A program made the translations under genes and the position numbers. Shown here in pieces: positions 1-9,167 of a stretch of DNA of 64,000 nucleotides. The notes under the pieces are model-generated. The model ran no database searches, had not been told where the DNA came from, and worked only from the letters and a program-made list of their open reading frames with translations. Position 1 is the stretch's first letter. Every line of letters begins with the position of its first letter. The stretch covers positions 71,576-135,575 of the forward strand of contig JBIHZX010000001.1 in the NCBI GenBank assembly GCA_044240195.1, given 5' to 3'. Source of the stretch: Candidatus Nanopelagicales bacterium. GTDB taxonomy: Bacteria; Actinomycetota; Actinomycetes; S36-B12.

Positions 1-60
1 TTGCATCTTACGTTGATGGTGAAGTAATCCGCGGTGTTGTCATCAGGGAAGGGGACCTAG

Positions 61-95
61 ATCAGAAAGAAAACGGAGGCCCCGCAGGGCCTCCG
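61..95 (-). terminator. Intrinsic terminator downstream of rbpA
   Basis: 9-bp GC-rich stem CGGAGGCCC (74-82) / GGGCCTCCG (87-95) with a 4-nt loop. On the minus strand it is followed by TTTTCTTTCT (73-64). It lies about 40 nt past the rbpA stop. Confidence 0.6.
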
Positions 96-135
96 CAAAT
101 CTTAAATTAACTTTGAAGCGAGAAAACTTACGTTG

Positions 136-483
136 TTACGCTGACTGAGCAAGAGCTCCTTCGTGTAAAAGCGCGACTCTCTCTTCATAGAGCGCTTTAA
201 GTTCCTTTAAGGTTCGACGCTCAAGCAACATGTCCCAGTGTGTACGAACTGGACGATCGAGGACCTTGGGCTCCACAACGAAATTAGGCCGAACGGCCAC
301 ACCACCGCAACGGCAGTCCCATTCGACTGGAATCTCCTCGGCTTCGACGGAGATGGGAATTAGAGATACGTGCCCGGTCGGACAAACGTACTTAACGGAG
401 ACTCTTTCTGCGGGTGGGACCAAGTCATCGCGCTCTAAACTCAATGCTCCAAGACGTGTTCCTCGCATAGAGGTTTCAATCAT
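136..483 (-). CDS. rbpA: RNA polymerase-binding protein RbpA (canonical type)
   Basis: 115 aa. Has the RGTRLG N-terminus, Cys/His core (CPTGH...CRCG) and the RbpA signature RTHWDMLLERR. SD-like GAAAGGGG lies upstream. Confidence 0.9.
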   Translation of the reverse strand: MIETSMRGTRLGALSLERDDLVPPAERVSVKYVCPTGHVSLIPISVEAEEIPVEWDCRCGGVAVRPNFVVEPKVLDRPVRTHWDMLLERRTLKELKALYEERVALLHEGALAQSA

Positions 484-544
484 GACGTGCCCCTTTCCTG
501 CCCGACCGAACCAAATATTGGCTCGTGCAGGTCAGACGGGGGAG

Positions 545-574
545 ATTCAGGGTTGGTTCCCCTCAACCCTGAAT
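545..574 (-). terminator. Perfect 11-bp hairpin between the small membrane protein gene and rbpA (possible U-tract-less terminator or rbpA leader element)
   Basis: ATTCAGGGTTG (545-555) / CAACCCTGAAT (564-574) with an 8-nt loop. It sits 11 nt downstream of the stop at 585. No T-run follows. Confidence 0.4.
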
Positions 575-584
575 TCGTGGCTCG

Positions 585-845
585 CTAGCGGGCCACGAGG
601 GCAAAAACCACAATTGTGACGGCAATTACAGCGCCGATTGTGATCCAGGGGGCACTTTTTCGCACCCGACCATACTTCGGCTTCCCCACGCCATCAGAAA
701 TCTCGCCTTGGCGCTTTAGTTGCTCATTACCCCTAGCAATTCGCGACGCTTGAGCAATCCGCTCGTCGGCGCTCGCCTCTTTGGGGCCTTTGGCCAGGAA
801 CTCGGGATCGAGCAATTCATCGAAGTTGGGGGAGGAATCATTCAC
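585..845 (-). CDS. Small C-terminally membrane-anchored protein, unknown function
   Basis: 86 aa with a GTG start. Charged N-terminal half and a single C-terminal TM (WITIGAVIAVTIVVFALV). No family recognised. Confidence 0.5.
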   Translation of the reverse strand: MNDSSPNFDELLDPEFLAKGPKEASADERIAQASRIARGNEQLKRQGEISDGVGKPKYGRVRKSAPWITIGAVIAVTIVVFALVAR

Positions 846-870
846 CCAAAAAGGATAACTTAACTACGGC

Positions 871-876
871 TAGGCT
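871..876 (+). promoter_or_regulatory. -10 element (TAGGCT) of a leaderless promoter for the TMEM175-like gene
   Basis: TAGGCT, then 6 nt (gcgtca), then ATG at 883. No SD in between. Confidence 0.45.
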
Positions 877-882
877 GCGTCA

Positions 883-1539
883 ATGCCAACTCAAGCACTC
901 CGGAGTGGTCGGGCATTTGACCGCTTAATCAACTTCTCTGACGCTGTGGTCGCTGTCGCGGTAACTGTTCTGGTGCTTCCCATTGCAGACATCACCCTTT
1001 CCCGCGGAGAGGACTCTGTTTGGGAGGTTCTCTCCAATCACGCTGGAGAAATCATTACCTTCTTTTTCACGTTCTACGTTGTATCGATCATGTGGCTGAC
1101 CCACAACCGATTCATGAATCAATTGCGTGGATACGACGGGGTGATTTTCTGGTTGAACACAGCCTGGCTCTCCGTTATTGCTTTCCTGCCTGTAACAAGT
1201 GCGCTTTATTCGGATTCAGGTCCAGGCGGTACCGGTGGGTGGTTTTCCGGCACGATTCTTATTGGCTCGGGAATGTTGTACTGGGGATCCCTTTCCTTGA
1301 TCAGTTTCATCATCACACTCATGTCCCTGCGTGCGCGCAGTAACACGAACTTGTACGATCCTGAACAAGCCATCTGGGGTTGGAAGGAAATTTCGCGTGG
1401 GTGGATTTACGCCACCTACTTTCTGATAATTGGCGTTGTTTCGCTATTTTCATCGGGCATTGCCTCATATTTGCCTTTGGGACTACTTGTTCTCCCATTC
1501 CTTCTAAGGCGTGATAGTTCCCGTATAGGCAGCGACTAA
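883..1539 (+). CDS. TMEM175/DUF1211 family potassium channel-like membrane protein
   Basis: 218 aa. Signature RLINFSDAVVAVAVTVLVLP (RxxxFSD helix-1 motif) and about 6 TM helices. Confidence 0.8.
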   Translation: MPTQALRSGRAFDRLINFSDAVVAVAVTVLVLPIADITLSRGEDSVWEVLSNHAGEIITFFFTFYVVSIMWLTHNRFMNQLRGYDGVIFWLNTAWLSVIAFLPVTSALYSDSGPGGTGGWFSGTILIGSGMLYWGSLSLISFIITLMSLRARSNTNLYDPEQAIWGWKEISRGWIYATYFLIIGVVSLFSSGIASYLPLGLLVLPFLLRRDSSRIGSD

Positions 1540-1593
1540 TTCTGGAACGGTTGTTTGTGTACGAGTAAATTTTGCGTCTTTAAACAAAGTATG

Positions 1594-1599
1594 CATAAT
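1594..1599 (+). promoter_or_regulatory. -10-like CATAAT positioned for a leaderless start at 1606
   Basis: CATAAT, then 6 nt (ggaatc), then ATG 1606. This supports the internal ATG rather than the TTG at 1555. Confidence 0.35.
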
Positions 1600-1605
1600 G
1601 GAATC

Positions 1606-2151
1606 ATGAGATCTTTGGTTCGTTGCCTTGCCGCATTATCTGTTTTAAGTTTGCTAGTGACCGGCTGTTCCAGCCATGACTCGATGGACACGGGAGATCA
1701 ATCATCAACCGAGGTGGCCGACGTAGCTTTCGCACAGATGATGATTCCTCACCATGAGCAAGCGGTCGTGATGTCTGAGTTTGCATTGACCAATACAGAT
1801 AATTCAGAGGTTTTGGCTCTAGCCCAAGAAATCATTGATGCTCAGGGGCCTGAGATCAATCAAATGAATGCGATCTTGGAAAGATTTAATGCCGGCATGG
1901 GAGGCCATGGTGGGCACACAATGGCGGGAATGCTGACCGACGATGAACTTGAAGCTTTGCAAGCAGCGCAGGGACCAGAATTTGATCAGTTGTATCTAAT
2001 CGGAATGATTGCCCACCATGAAGGGGCAATCGAGATGGCGAATGATGTTCTTGCGGGGGGCACTGATCCCGAAGTTCGCGCTCTCGCGGAAGCAATTATT
2101 GCTGGACAGCAGACCGAAATTGAACTGATGCAGGAACTGCTTGCGGGTTAA
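1606..2151 (+). CDS. DUF305 family lipoprotein (metal/copper-stress associated family)
   Basis: Two MIPHHEQAV / MIAHHEGAIEMA repeats typical of DUF305. Signal peptide plus lipobox LVTGC when started at ATG 1606 (the ORF track starts at 1555). Confidence 0.85.
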   Translation: MRSLVRCLAALSVLSLLVTGCSSHDSMDTGDQSSTEVADVAFAQMMIPHHEQAVVMSEFALTNTDNSEVLALAQEIIDAQGPEINQMNAILERFNAGMGGHGGHTMAGMLTDDELEALQAAQGPEFDQLYLIGMIAHHEGAIEMANDVLAGGTDPEVRALAEAIIAGQQTEIELMQELLAG

Positions 2152-2179
2152 CTTGTTCAATTCATGAAAGGACTTAACG

Positions 2180-3106
2180 ATGCCAGCCAATAGGTATGTG
2201 TTATCGGAAAATCGGGGTTCCGTTTTACCCCTGGTCCTAGTTGCATCCGTCACTTTGCTAGTAGCTTGCTCGTCCAAGGAATCCAGTCCCGTGGTGACGA
2301 GTAACTCCATTCCAGAATCAATTACGGAATCAGAAGCAACTACTCCAACGGTGGCGCAGGCGCCAGACTGGGGGCATGTCCACAACCTGAAGCTGGACGG
2401 GGATGTGGTTTATATCGGCACACACAATGGTTTTTGGAGGCAGGAGACTGGTCGAGAACCAGTTTTACTTTCACAGCCATCCTTTGATGTAATGGGTCTA
2501 ACGGGATCCAACGATAGGTGGTTGGCATCCGGTCACCCTGGGTCCGAAATGGATGCTCCTTCTGATTTGGGGCTGATCGAATCAGTAGATGAGGGTGTAA
2601 CGTGGCAGTCTGTATCACTCTTGGGAGAAATTGACTTTCATCGCCTTGCTGCAGTTGATGATTTCATTCTTGGAATTGCCGCGCATTCGGGCTCGCTACT
2701 TCGTTCAACTGATGGCGGTCGCTCATGGAGTGATCTGGGAACTCCTGGGCTATTCGACTTGGCGATTAATCCAGCAAATCCAGATGTGGTTTTCGCAACA
2801 TCAGAGGATGGCACGCTTCGCAGCGAGAATGGTGGAGAAACCTTCATCCCTGTGAAAACACCGGAGCTCCTGGCCTTTTTGGCCTGGGGAGGACAGGGAC
2901 TTTATGCTGCTTCGACACAAGGACAGATCCTCTTTTCAAGCGACAGCGGTGAGAGCTGGAGTACTCGAGGATCCCTTGGAGCAGCGCCCGGTGAGCTGTC
3001 TGTGGATGCTGGCAACGTTGTAGCCCTCCTTGATGATTCCATATGGGGATCAGTGGATGGAGGTCTGACATTCGTGAAAAGAGTTGCCGGATCAGGTGAA
3101 CACTGA
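2180..3106 (+). CDS. Secreted lipoprotein with BNR/Asp-box (Ycf48- or sialidase-like) beta-propeller repeats
   Basis: 308 aa with lipobox LLVAC. Repeated S-x-D-x-G-x-(T/S)-W motifs (SVDEGVTWQ, STDGGRSWS, SENGGETF, SSDSGESWS, SVDGGLTF). Confidence 0.75.
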   Translation: MPANRYVLSENRGSVLPLVLVASVTLLVACSSKESSPVVTSNSIPESITESEATTPTVAQAPDWGHVHNLKLDGDVVYIGTHNGFWRQETGREPVLLSQPSFDVMGLTGSNDRWLASGHPGSEMDAPSDLGLIESVDEGVTWQSVSLLGEIDFHRLAAVDDFILGIAAHSGSLLRSTDGGRSWSDLGTPGLFDLAINPANPDVVFATSEDGTLRSENGGETFIPVKTPELLAFLAWGGQGLYAASTQGQILFSSDSGESWSTRGSLGAAPGELSVDAGNVVALLDDSIWGSVDGGLTFVKRVAGSGEH

Positions 3107-3231
3107 GTCAGAAATACAATTTACTTAACCGATAATGAACATTATGTCAGAAACAATGAGGGGAAATTCATCAAACGTGCCATCGCCTCACCTCAACCCG
3201 ATTGAGCATCTAAAGGCCTTCTCAGGCTTTA

Positions 3232-3237
3232 TAGGAT
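3232..3237 (+). promoter_or_regulatory. Possible -10 (TAGGAT) for a leaderless trhO start at the second ATG (3245)
   Basis: TAGGAT, then 7 nt, then ATG 3245. The spacing is one longer than the other cases, so this is weak. Confidence 0.25.
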
Positions 3238-4123
3238 GGCAGGCATGCAACCGCATAAGATCCTGCTGTACTACATTTTCCGCCCATTAGGTGATCCGCA
3301 GGCGATCAGCCTGTGGCAGCGCAAATTGTGTGAATCCTTGGATCTTAGAGGGCGAATTTTGGTCTCCGAACACGGTATCAATGGCACTGTGGGTGGCGAA
3401 ATTGAGAACCTCCTGAGTTATATAAAGCAAAACAAGGAATACCCCTCTTTTCGAGAAATTGAATATAAATGGTCTGAAGGCCATCGAGATGACTTCCCTC
3501 GACTCAAAGTCAAAGCTCGAAGCGAGGTTGTCGGTTTTGGAATCCCCAATGAAATAAAAGTAGATGCACACGGCATCGTTGGGGGAGGTCAACACCTCTC
3601 CCCCCTTGAGGTTCACGAATTAGTCGAGGCTCGTGGAAGTGATGTGACATTCTTCGACGGCCGCAATGCATTTGAGTCGCGAATTGGACGCTTCACGGGC
3701 GCAGTTGTGCCGGAGACGAATACCACGCATGACTTCATTGCTGAGATTGAGTCGGGCAAATACGATCATTTGAAATCCAAACCAATTGTGACGTATTGCA
3801 CGGGTGGAATTCGCTGTGAGATTCTCAGCAGCGCGATGAAATCCCGTGGTTTTGAAGAGGTTTATCAACTCGACGGCGGCATAGTGAAATACGGTGAGGC
3901 TTTTGGCAACAAAGGTCTATGGGAGGGCAGCCTCTATGTATTTGACCGCCGGATGGCAGTTGATTTCGAGGAGAATGTAGAGGCGATAGGTGAATGTGCA
4001 CATTGCGACGGCTTCACTAAAACCTTTTATAACTGTTCGAGCGATTGGTGCCGGGAGCTAACGTTGGTATGCGATTTCTGCGTTGAACGTAATGTGCTGT
4101 CGCTGGACTGTATTCACGTTTAG
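3236..4123 (+). CDS. trhO: Rhodanese-domain tRNA U34 hydroxylase TrhO (YceA/UPF0176 family)
   Basis: 295 aa. N-terminal ILLYYIF UPF0176 fold, rhodanese active-site loop CTGGIRCE and a C-terminal Cys cluster. The start may be 3245. Confidence 0.85.
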   Translation: MAGMQPHKILLYYIFRPLGDPQAISLWQRKLCESLDLRGRILVSEHGINGTVGGEIENLLSYIKQNKEYPSFREIEYKWSEGHRDDFPRLKVKARSEVVGFGIPNEIKVDAHGIVGGGQHLSPLEVHELVEARGSDVTFFDGRNAFESRIGRFTGAVVPETNTTHDFIAEIESGKYDHLKSKPIVTYCTGGIRCEILSSAMKSRGFEEVYQLDGGIVKYGEAFGNKGLWEGSLYVFDRRMAVDFEENVEAIGECAHCDGFTKTFYNCSSDWCRELTLVCDFCVERNVLSLDCIHV

Positions 4124-4130
4124 CAATCGC

Positions 4131-6983
4131 TCAAATGGCCAACTCTTCAATACTTGGGCAGCTACACACCAAATTTCTATCTCCGAATGCTCCATCGATT
4201 CGACGCACCGGAGGCCAATACTTATTCGCTCTCACGCCTGAAACGGGATAGGCAGCAATCGCTCCAGGGTAAGGCAACAGATCTCCATCGATGAGGCATT
4301 CGGCTGTGTGCGGCGCGTTGACGAGGGGATTTGAATCTGCCGGCCACTCCCCTGTCGCTACCATGTTGATTTCAGCAGAAATACTTATCATGGCATTGAT
4401 AAAGCGATCCAATTCAGCAAGATTCTCACTCTCGGTGGGCTCAATCATGAGGGTGCCGGCAACAGGGAAACTCATGGTTGGCGCGTGGAAGCCGTAATCA
4501 ATGAGTCGCTTGGCAATATCATCAACGCTGATTCCGGTTGAGGTAGTTATCGGCCGAATATCGATAATGCATTCGTGAGCTACTAGGCCATTGGCGCCGC
4601 TATAGAGAACGGGAAAGTGGTCCTTGAGTTTGTATGCAATGTAGTTGGCACTCAAGATTGCAACCTGTGTTGCTTCGAGAAGCCCCTCGGCTCCCATTAG
4701 CCTGATGTAAGCCCACGGAATCGGCAGGATTCCTGCACTCCCCCACGGTGCTCCGCTGACCGGCCCCACGCCGCCATCGAGGAAGCCCATGCCGCTGGGT
4801 CCACACTCGGGACGTAACGGGTGAGATGGAAGGAAGGGCGCGAGATGTGCTCGGACGCCAACCGGACCGACGCCAGGGCCGCCACCGCCGTGCGGGATGC
4901 AAAATGTTTTGTGCAGATTCAAGTGCGACACATCAGCACCAAATTTTCCAGGCTTAGCCACTCCAACCAGCGCATTGAGGTTCGCACCGTCGACGTACAC
5001 CTGCCCACCAGCCTCATGCACCAATTCACAAATGTCACCAACCGCTGTTTCAAACACACCGTGAGTTGACGGATACGTGATCATGAGAGCTGCAATCTCT
5101 CCCGCGTGGAGCGCTAGTTTGTCCTTGAGGTCACCGATGTCAACATTACCCAACTCGTCACATGAGATGACAACTACACGCATACCAGCCATTACGGCAC
5201 TCGCTGCATTTGTGCCATGAGCGCTGCTGGGAATCAAACAAATGTCTCTGCTGTACTCCCCCATACTTTCTAAATAGGCCTTAATGGCAAGTAGCCCAGC
5301 AAATTCACCTTGACTGCCAGCATTAGGTTGTAGAGATACGGCGTCGTATCCGGTTATCTCAACAAGATAACTTTCAAGTTCTCGAATCATCCCGACGTAA
5401 CCCTTGGCTTGGTCAATTGGTGCGAAGGGATGAATATTGGCAAATTCGGACCACGTGATGGGTTCCATTTCAACTGTTGCATTTAGTTTCATTGTGCAAC
5501 TACCCAGCGGAATCATTGAACGATCGAGAGCGATGTCTTTATCGGAAAGCTTTCGAAGGTAACGCAACATGGCTGTTTCCGAGCGATACGTGTTAAATAC
5601 TGGATGTTCAAGAAAGCTTGTTGTACGGACAGACGTTGCAGGAATTGACTGTATCGTTGGCGTCTCGAGTGATATGGGCTTACCCGGTGTTAGAACCTGC
5701 GCAATTGTTTGAATCGTTGTCGACGTTGAAGTTTCATCCAGTGATATCCCCAAAGCAGACTGGCTTGTGCGACGCACATTGATACCGATTGTTTCCAGGC
5801 TATCCGCTAGCTGCTGCGCGTTTGATGACGTAATTGTGATCGTGTCAAAAAAACTCTCTGACTCGAGCAGATAACCGTGAAGGGTGAGATGTTGGGCCAA
5901 GATTGTGGTGAGGCCATTGACCCGTTTGGCTATCTCCGTCAAGCCCTGTGGGCCGTGATAGGCGGCGTACATGCCAGAAACTATCGCTAAAAGAACTTGA
6001 GCGGTGCAGATATTGCTGGTGGCTTTCTCTCGCCTGATGTGCTGCTCGCGGGTCTGTAAAGCCAGTCGATAAGCGGGAGCGCCGTCAGCATCAACACTCA
6101 CACCCACCAGACGACCTGGCAGGCTGCGTTCTAATCCTGAACGGACAGACATAAATCCTGCGTGAGGCCCACCAAATCCCATTGGGACACCAAATCGTTG
6201 AGCAGATCCAACAACTATGTCTGCACCCAGTGATCCCGGTGATTCGATCAGAGTTAGCGAGAGTAAATCGGTGGTCACGATTGCCATCGCTCCGGTGGAT
6301 TTGATTTCATCAATGATCGGGCCGATATTTCCAATATTTCCCGAAGACCCCGGGTAACTAATTACCACCCCCGCGAAATTACCCACGGGCATTGATTTTT
6401 GCGTATTCCAAGTCTGTACTTCGACGCCAAGTGGCTTTGCTCGAGTCATGAGTACCGCCAAGGTCTGCGGGTGGATGTCTTGATCAACCAAAATTGCGTT
6501 GGAGTTTGTCTTCCCCTGTCGCAACGCGAGGGTCATGGCTTCGGCGACCGCCGTTGGTTCATCAAGTAGCGACGCTCCGGCAACGGGAAGTCCGGTTAAA
6601 TCTTCGATCATGGTTTGGAAATTGATCAGCGCTTCTAGTCTCCCCTGAGAAATTTCGGGTTGGTACGGGGTGTACGCGGTGTACCAGGCTGGGTTTTCCA
6701 GGATATTCCGTTTGAGGACAGCCGGCGTGTACGTGTTGTAGTAACCCATGCCGATCAGAGATGTATTCACCTTGTTTAGTGAGGCGATAGCTTTCGCCTT
6801 AGCAGACACTTCCTCTTCAGAGAGAGCCGCCGGGAGGTCGAGTGCGTCATTCCACCTGATTACTTCAGGCACCACGGCTTCGGTGAAGGCCTCGATTGAT
6901 TGATACCCCAACACGGTGAGCATTCGCTCGACATCATGTTTACGTGGCCCGATATGGCGATCGGCAAAACGAACTTCGCTCAT
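4131..6983 (-). CDS. gcvP: Glycine dehydrogenase (decarboxylating), P protein of the glycine cleavage system
   Basis: About 950 aa single-chain GcvP (FADRHIGP N-terminus; the PLP-lysine region [16 protein letters not shown]). ATG at 6983 is preceded by SD GGAGAG. The ORF-track extension to 7025 runs into the riboswitch. Confidence 0.95.
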   Translation of the reverse strand: MSEVRFADRHIGPRKHDVERMLTVLGYQSIEAFTEAVVPEVIRWNDALDLPAALSEEEVSAKAKAIASLNKVNTSLIGMGYYNTYTPAVLKRNILENPAWYTAYTPYQPEISQGRLEALINFQTMIEDLTGLPVAGASLLDEPTAVAEAMTLALRQGKTNSNAILVDQDIHPQTLAVLMTRAKPLGVEVQTWNTQKSMPVGNFAGVVISYPGSSGNIGNIGPIIDEIKSTGAMAIVTTDLLSLTLIESPGSLGADIVVGSAQRFGVPMGFGGPHAGFMSVRSGLERSLPGRLVGVSVDADGAPAYRLALQTREQHIRREKATSNICTAQVLLAIVSGMYAAYHGPQGLTEIAKRVNGLTTILAQHLTLHGYLLESESFFDTITITSSNAQQLADSLETIGINVRRTSQSALGISLDETSTSTTIQTIAQVLTPGKPISLETPTIQSIPATSVRTTSFLEHPVFNTYRSETAMLRYLRKLSDKDIALDRSMIPLGSCTMKLNATVEMEPITWSEFANIHPFAPIDQAKGYVGMIRELESYLVEITGYDAVSLQPNAGSQGEFAGLLAIKAYLESMGEYSRDICLIPSSAHGTNAASAVMAGMRVVVISCDELGNVDIGDLKDKLALHAGEIAALMITYPSTHGVFETAVGDICELVHEAGGQVYVDGANLNALVGVAKPGKFGADVSHLNLHKTFCIPHGGGGPGVGPVGVRAHLAPFLPSHPLRPECGPSGMGFLDGGVGPVSGAPWGSAGILPIPWAYIRLMGAEGLLEATQVAILSANYIAYKLKDHFPVLYSGANGLVAHECIIDIRPITTSTGISVDDIAKRLIDYGFHAPTMSFPVAGTLMIEPTESENLAELDRFINAMISISAEINMVATGEWPADSNPLVNAPHTAECLIDGDLLPYPGAIAAYPVSGVRANKYWPPVRRIDGAFGDRNLVCSCPSIEELAI

Positions 6984-7029
6984 GAAACTCTCCAAGGTTG
7001 ATGGGCATACGTGTACGCACCCCATCTGT

Positions 7030-7230
7030 TTCTAAGGTTTCCCCTACCTGAGAGCTTCACTACCAAGTGGCAGTTTTCCCCTTCGGTGCAATCGTGAAAT
7101 TGCTTTCCAGATTAGCCTTTTTCTAGCGGTTCATGGGCCTGAGAGTTTGGTGGGGCCTTGCTCCTTCGGCGGTGCACAACGCTGGCAATCGTGTAGATAG
7201 CCATTACTGACGCACTCTCTCCCGCTAGAG
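7030..7230 (-). promoter_or_regulatory. Tandem glycine riboswitch (two aptamers) in the gcvP leader
   Basis: Minus strand, aptamer 1: CUAGCGGGAGAGAG...GCACCGCCGAAGGAGCAAG...CUCUCAGGC...CCGCUAG, with P1 closing 7228-7222 against 7129-7123. Aptamer 2: CUGGAAAG...GCACCGAAGGGGAAAAC...CUCUCAGGUAGGGGAAAC. Both carry the conserved ACCGAAGG(A/G)GCAA-type core. Confidence 0.85.
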
Positions 7231-7257
7231 ATCGAGCAGCTAAGCGAAACCTTACAA

Positions 7258-7833
7258 CTAGCCCGCCACTCGTGCTGCGCGACGCTCCGAGAGTTCGTCG
7301 TGGCCGTGCATGGCAATTACGCCTGTTTCGGGGGCTTCCCCAGGAAGTGACGCTAGATTCCCCTCAACTTCTTTCCACACGCTGCCGATCGCGATTCCAA
7401 ATACACCTTGGCCACCTCGCACCAGGTCCACAACTTCGTCTGCACTATTGCACTCATAGATGCTTGCCCCGTCACTCATGATGGTCAAACTCGAAAGAAC
7501 ACTTGCGTCCCGTGAACTCAGGTGTTCAACGGCAAGCCGAATGTTGTGCAGGGATACCCCCGTATCAATGAGGCGCTTAACTATCCGAAGAATCAAGATG
7601 TCGCGGAAACCGTACAACCGATGGCTACCGGAGCCGTGGGCTCCTTTGACACTGGGAACAACCAGCCCGGTCCGAGCCCAATAGTCCAACTGACGGTAGG
7701 TGATTCCGGCGGCGGAACACGCTGTCGGCCCCCGGTACCCCAAATCTGATGGCACTACCGGCACATCTAGCTCTTCGAACATAGATGGCTGAATCGGGTA
7801 GTTCTCAAAGGCACCAATATTCTCGCCAGTCAC
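7258..7833 (-). CDS. MerR family transcriptional regulator (Rv1830-like)
   Basis: 191 aa with GTG start and SD AGGAGG. MerR HTH AAGITYRQLDYWARTGLVVP...HRLYGFRDILILRIVKRLID. Confidence 0.85.
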   Translation of the reverse strand: MTGENIGAFENYPIQPSMFEELDVPVVPSDLGYRGPTACSAAGITYRQLDYWARTGLVVPSVKGAHGSGSHRLYGFRDILILRIVKRLIDTGVSLHNIRLAVEHLSSRDASVLSSLTIMSDGASIYECNSADEVVDLVRGGQGVFGIAIGSVWKEVEGNLASLPGEAPETGVIAMHGHDELSERRAARVAG

Positions 7834-7945
7834 AATTTCCTCCTACGAATAGGACTCGAACCTACGCAAGCCATACAGCCGATGGTATCCGACACGCCAA
7901 AGCAATTGCAGGGTAAGTCTCAACCTGAACGTGAAGTCGAGCCAC

Positions 7946-8440
7946 CTACTGGGGGGCGTCGAAATCTTCCGGTGAAACACCCTCAAGGAACTCCCTGAAC
8001 GCTTCTACCTGGTCCTCAGGCTCGCCTTCGGCATCCTCAGGGATTTCCACCCCAGCGATTTCAAGAACCTCGGGAGCAACAGTTATCGGGACGCCAATCC
8101 GCAAGGCAAGCGCAATGGCATCGGATGGTCGAGCACTCAGTTCATGGGCCTGGCCACCAGCGCTCATCAGGTCCATAACCGCGAAGAAAACTCCATCGGT
8201 CAAGGCGGTGATTCTGACGCCAATCAGTTGGGCGCCCAACTCATCAATTAAATCGACCATTAGGTCGTGGGTCATGGGCCGCGGTGGGGTGACATCCTGT
8301 TGGGCATAAGCAATTGCGGTGGCTTCCACGGCCCCTACCCAAATAGGAAGATATCGGGTGCCATCAATTTCATTGAGCAGCACGATCGGCGTATTCGAAG
8401 GCATTTCCATCCGGACACCAGCAACAATTACAGGGATCAT
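7946..8440 (-). CDS. Bifunctional nuclease family protein (DUF151, Rv1829-like)
   Basis: 164 aa. PIVLLNE...RYLPIWVGAVEATAIA...RPMTHDL motif set typical of DUF151, with an acidic C-terminus. Confidence 0.85.
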   Translation of the reverse strand: MIPVIVAGVRMEMPSNTPIVLLNEIDGTRYLPIWVGAVEATAIAYAQQDVTPPRPMTHDLMVDLIDELGAQLIGVRITALTDGVFFAVMDLMSAGGQAHELSARPSDAIALALRIGVPITVAPEVLEIAGVEIPEDAEGEPEDQVEAFREFLEGVSPEDFDAPQ

Positions 8441-8468
8441 GCGATAAGGCTAGACCCTGACCAAAAAT

Positions 8469-9167
8469 TTAGCCACTTCCCGACTTGATTAGCTCAGCTC
8501 GGAGGAGTGCAGCATGTAGTTGGACAAAGAGTGAGGCCAATTCACGCACTGTTTGCTGCGCCCGAGCCTTGGCATCGCGATCACGTGGATGCGAGTAGGG
8601 GGTGGCGATCTGTTCAACCAAACCAGACTCTCGATTGGCAACAACTCTGAAGGAACGAAGGTGGCGCGCCTCCACCCCAAACTCGGATAGTTTGGCTGCG
8701 ATCATGCAGATGTGAACCGCATCCTCGTCGTAGTGGCCCGTTGCATTTGTCCAAACCAGACCCTCTTTTTCTAATGCGGCAATCAGGGTCTCCGAGAGCA
8801 AGGTCTCCTCTGCGAGCTCACTTCGAGTGAGACGAACTTTCCCAGCGCCTGGACGAAAATCATCGGGGCGAACCCCCAATCCTGAGGACATGGGGACGGC
8901 AAGTCCTGCCTGTTCCTGTTTTTCATCGAGTTGATCTTTAATAACTTTCAGAGGCAAATACTGATCACGCTGCAAAGTCAAAATTGCACGCAGGCGGGCT
9001 ACATCGTGGGTGTCAAAACGTCGATAGCCGGATGCAGTTCGTGAAGGAGTGATTAGTCCTTCGGTTTCCAGAAATCGAATCTTGCTAATTGAGACATCAG
9101 GGAAGTCCTTTTTTAGCATGCTGAGTACCTCACCGATACTCAAAGTATTTTCTGGCTGCGAAGTCAT
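8469..9167 (-). CDS. MerR family transcriptional regulator (Rv1828/FtsR-like)
   Basis: 232 aa. MerR HTH LSIGEVLSML...ISKIRFLETEGLITPSRTASGYRRF. Its start overlaps the stop of the FHA gene. Confidence 0.85.
   Translation of the reverse strand: MTSQPENTLSIGEVLSMLKKDFPDVSISKIRFLETEGLITPSRTASGYRRFDTHDVARLRAILTLQRDQYLPLKVIKDQLDEKQEQAGLAVPMSSGLGVRPDDFRPGAGKVRLTRSELAEETLLSETLIAALEKEGLVWTNATGHYDEDAVHICMIAAKLSEFGVEARHLRSFRVVANRESGLVEQIATPYSHPRDRDAKARAQQTVRELASLFVQLHAALLRAELIKSGSG

Noticed and set aside
3-110. Open frame (+3) running in from the left edge (…YVDGEVIRGVVIREGDLDQKENGGPAGPPQILN-stop). It could be the 3' end of an upstream gene.
   Set aside because: Only 36 codons are visible with no recognisable motif, and the last 12 codons are the rbpA terminator hairpin. 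This is not enough evidence to call a CDS.
7131-7316. 61-aa ORF on the minus strand between gcvP and the MerR gene.
   Set aside because: It covers the glycine riboswitch aptamers and overlaps the MerR gene 3' end, so RNA structure explains the region.
7841-7875. tRNA T-arm-like sequence on the minus strand (GTAGG-TTCGAGT-CCTAT) upstream of the MerR gene. It could have been a tRNA fragment or an att-site scar.
   Set aside because: No matching 5' acceptor strand, D arm or proper anticodon loop can be found upstream. The 3' flank is the AGGAGG SD of the MerR gene, and no integrase or repeat partner exists in the window. It is probably chance similarity.
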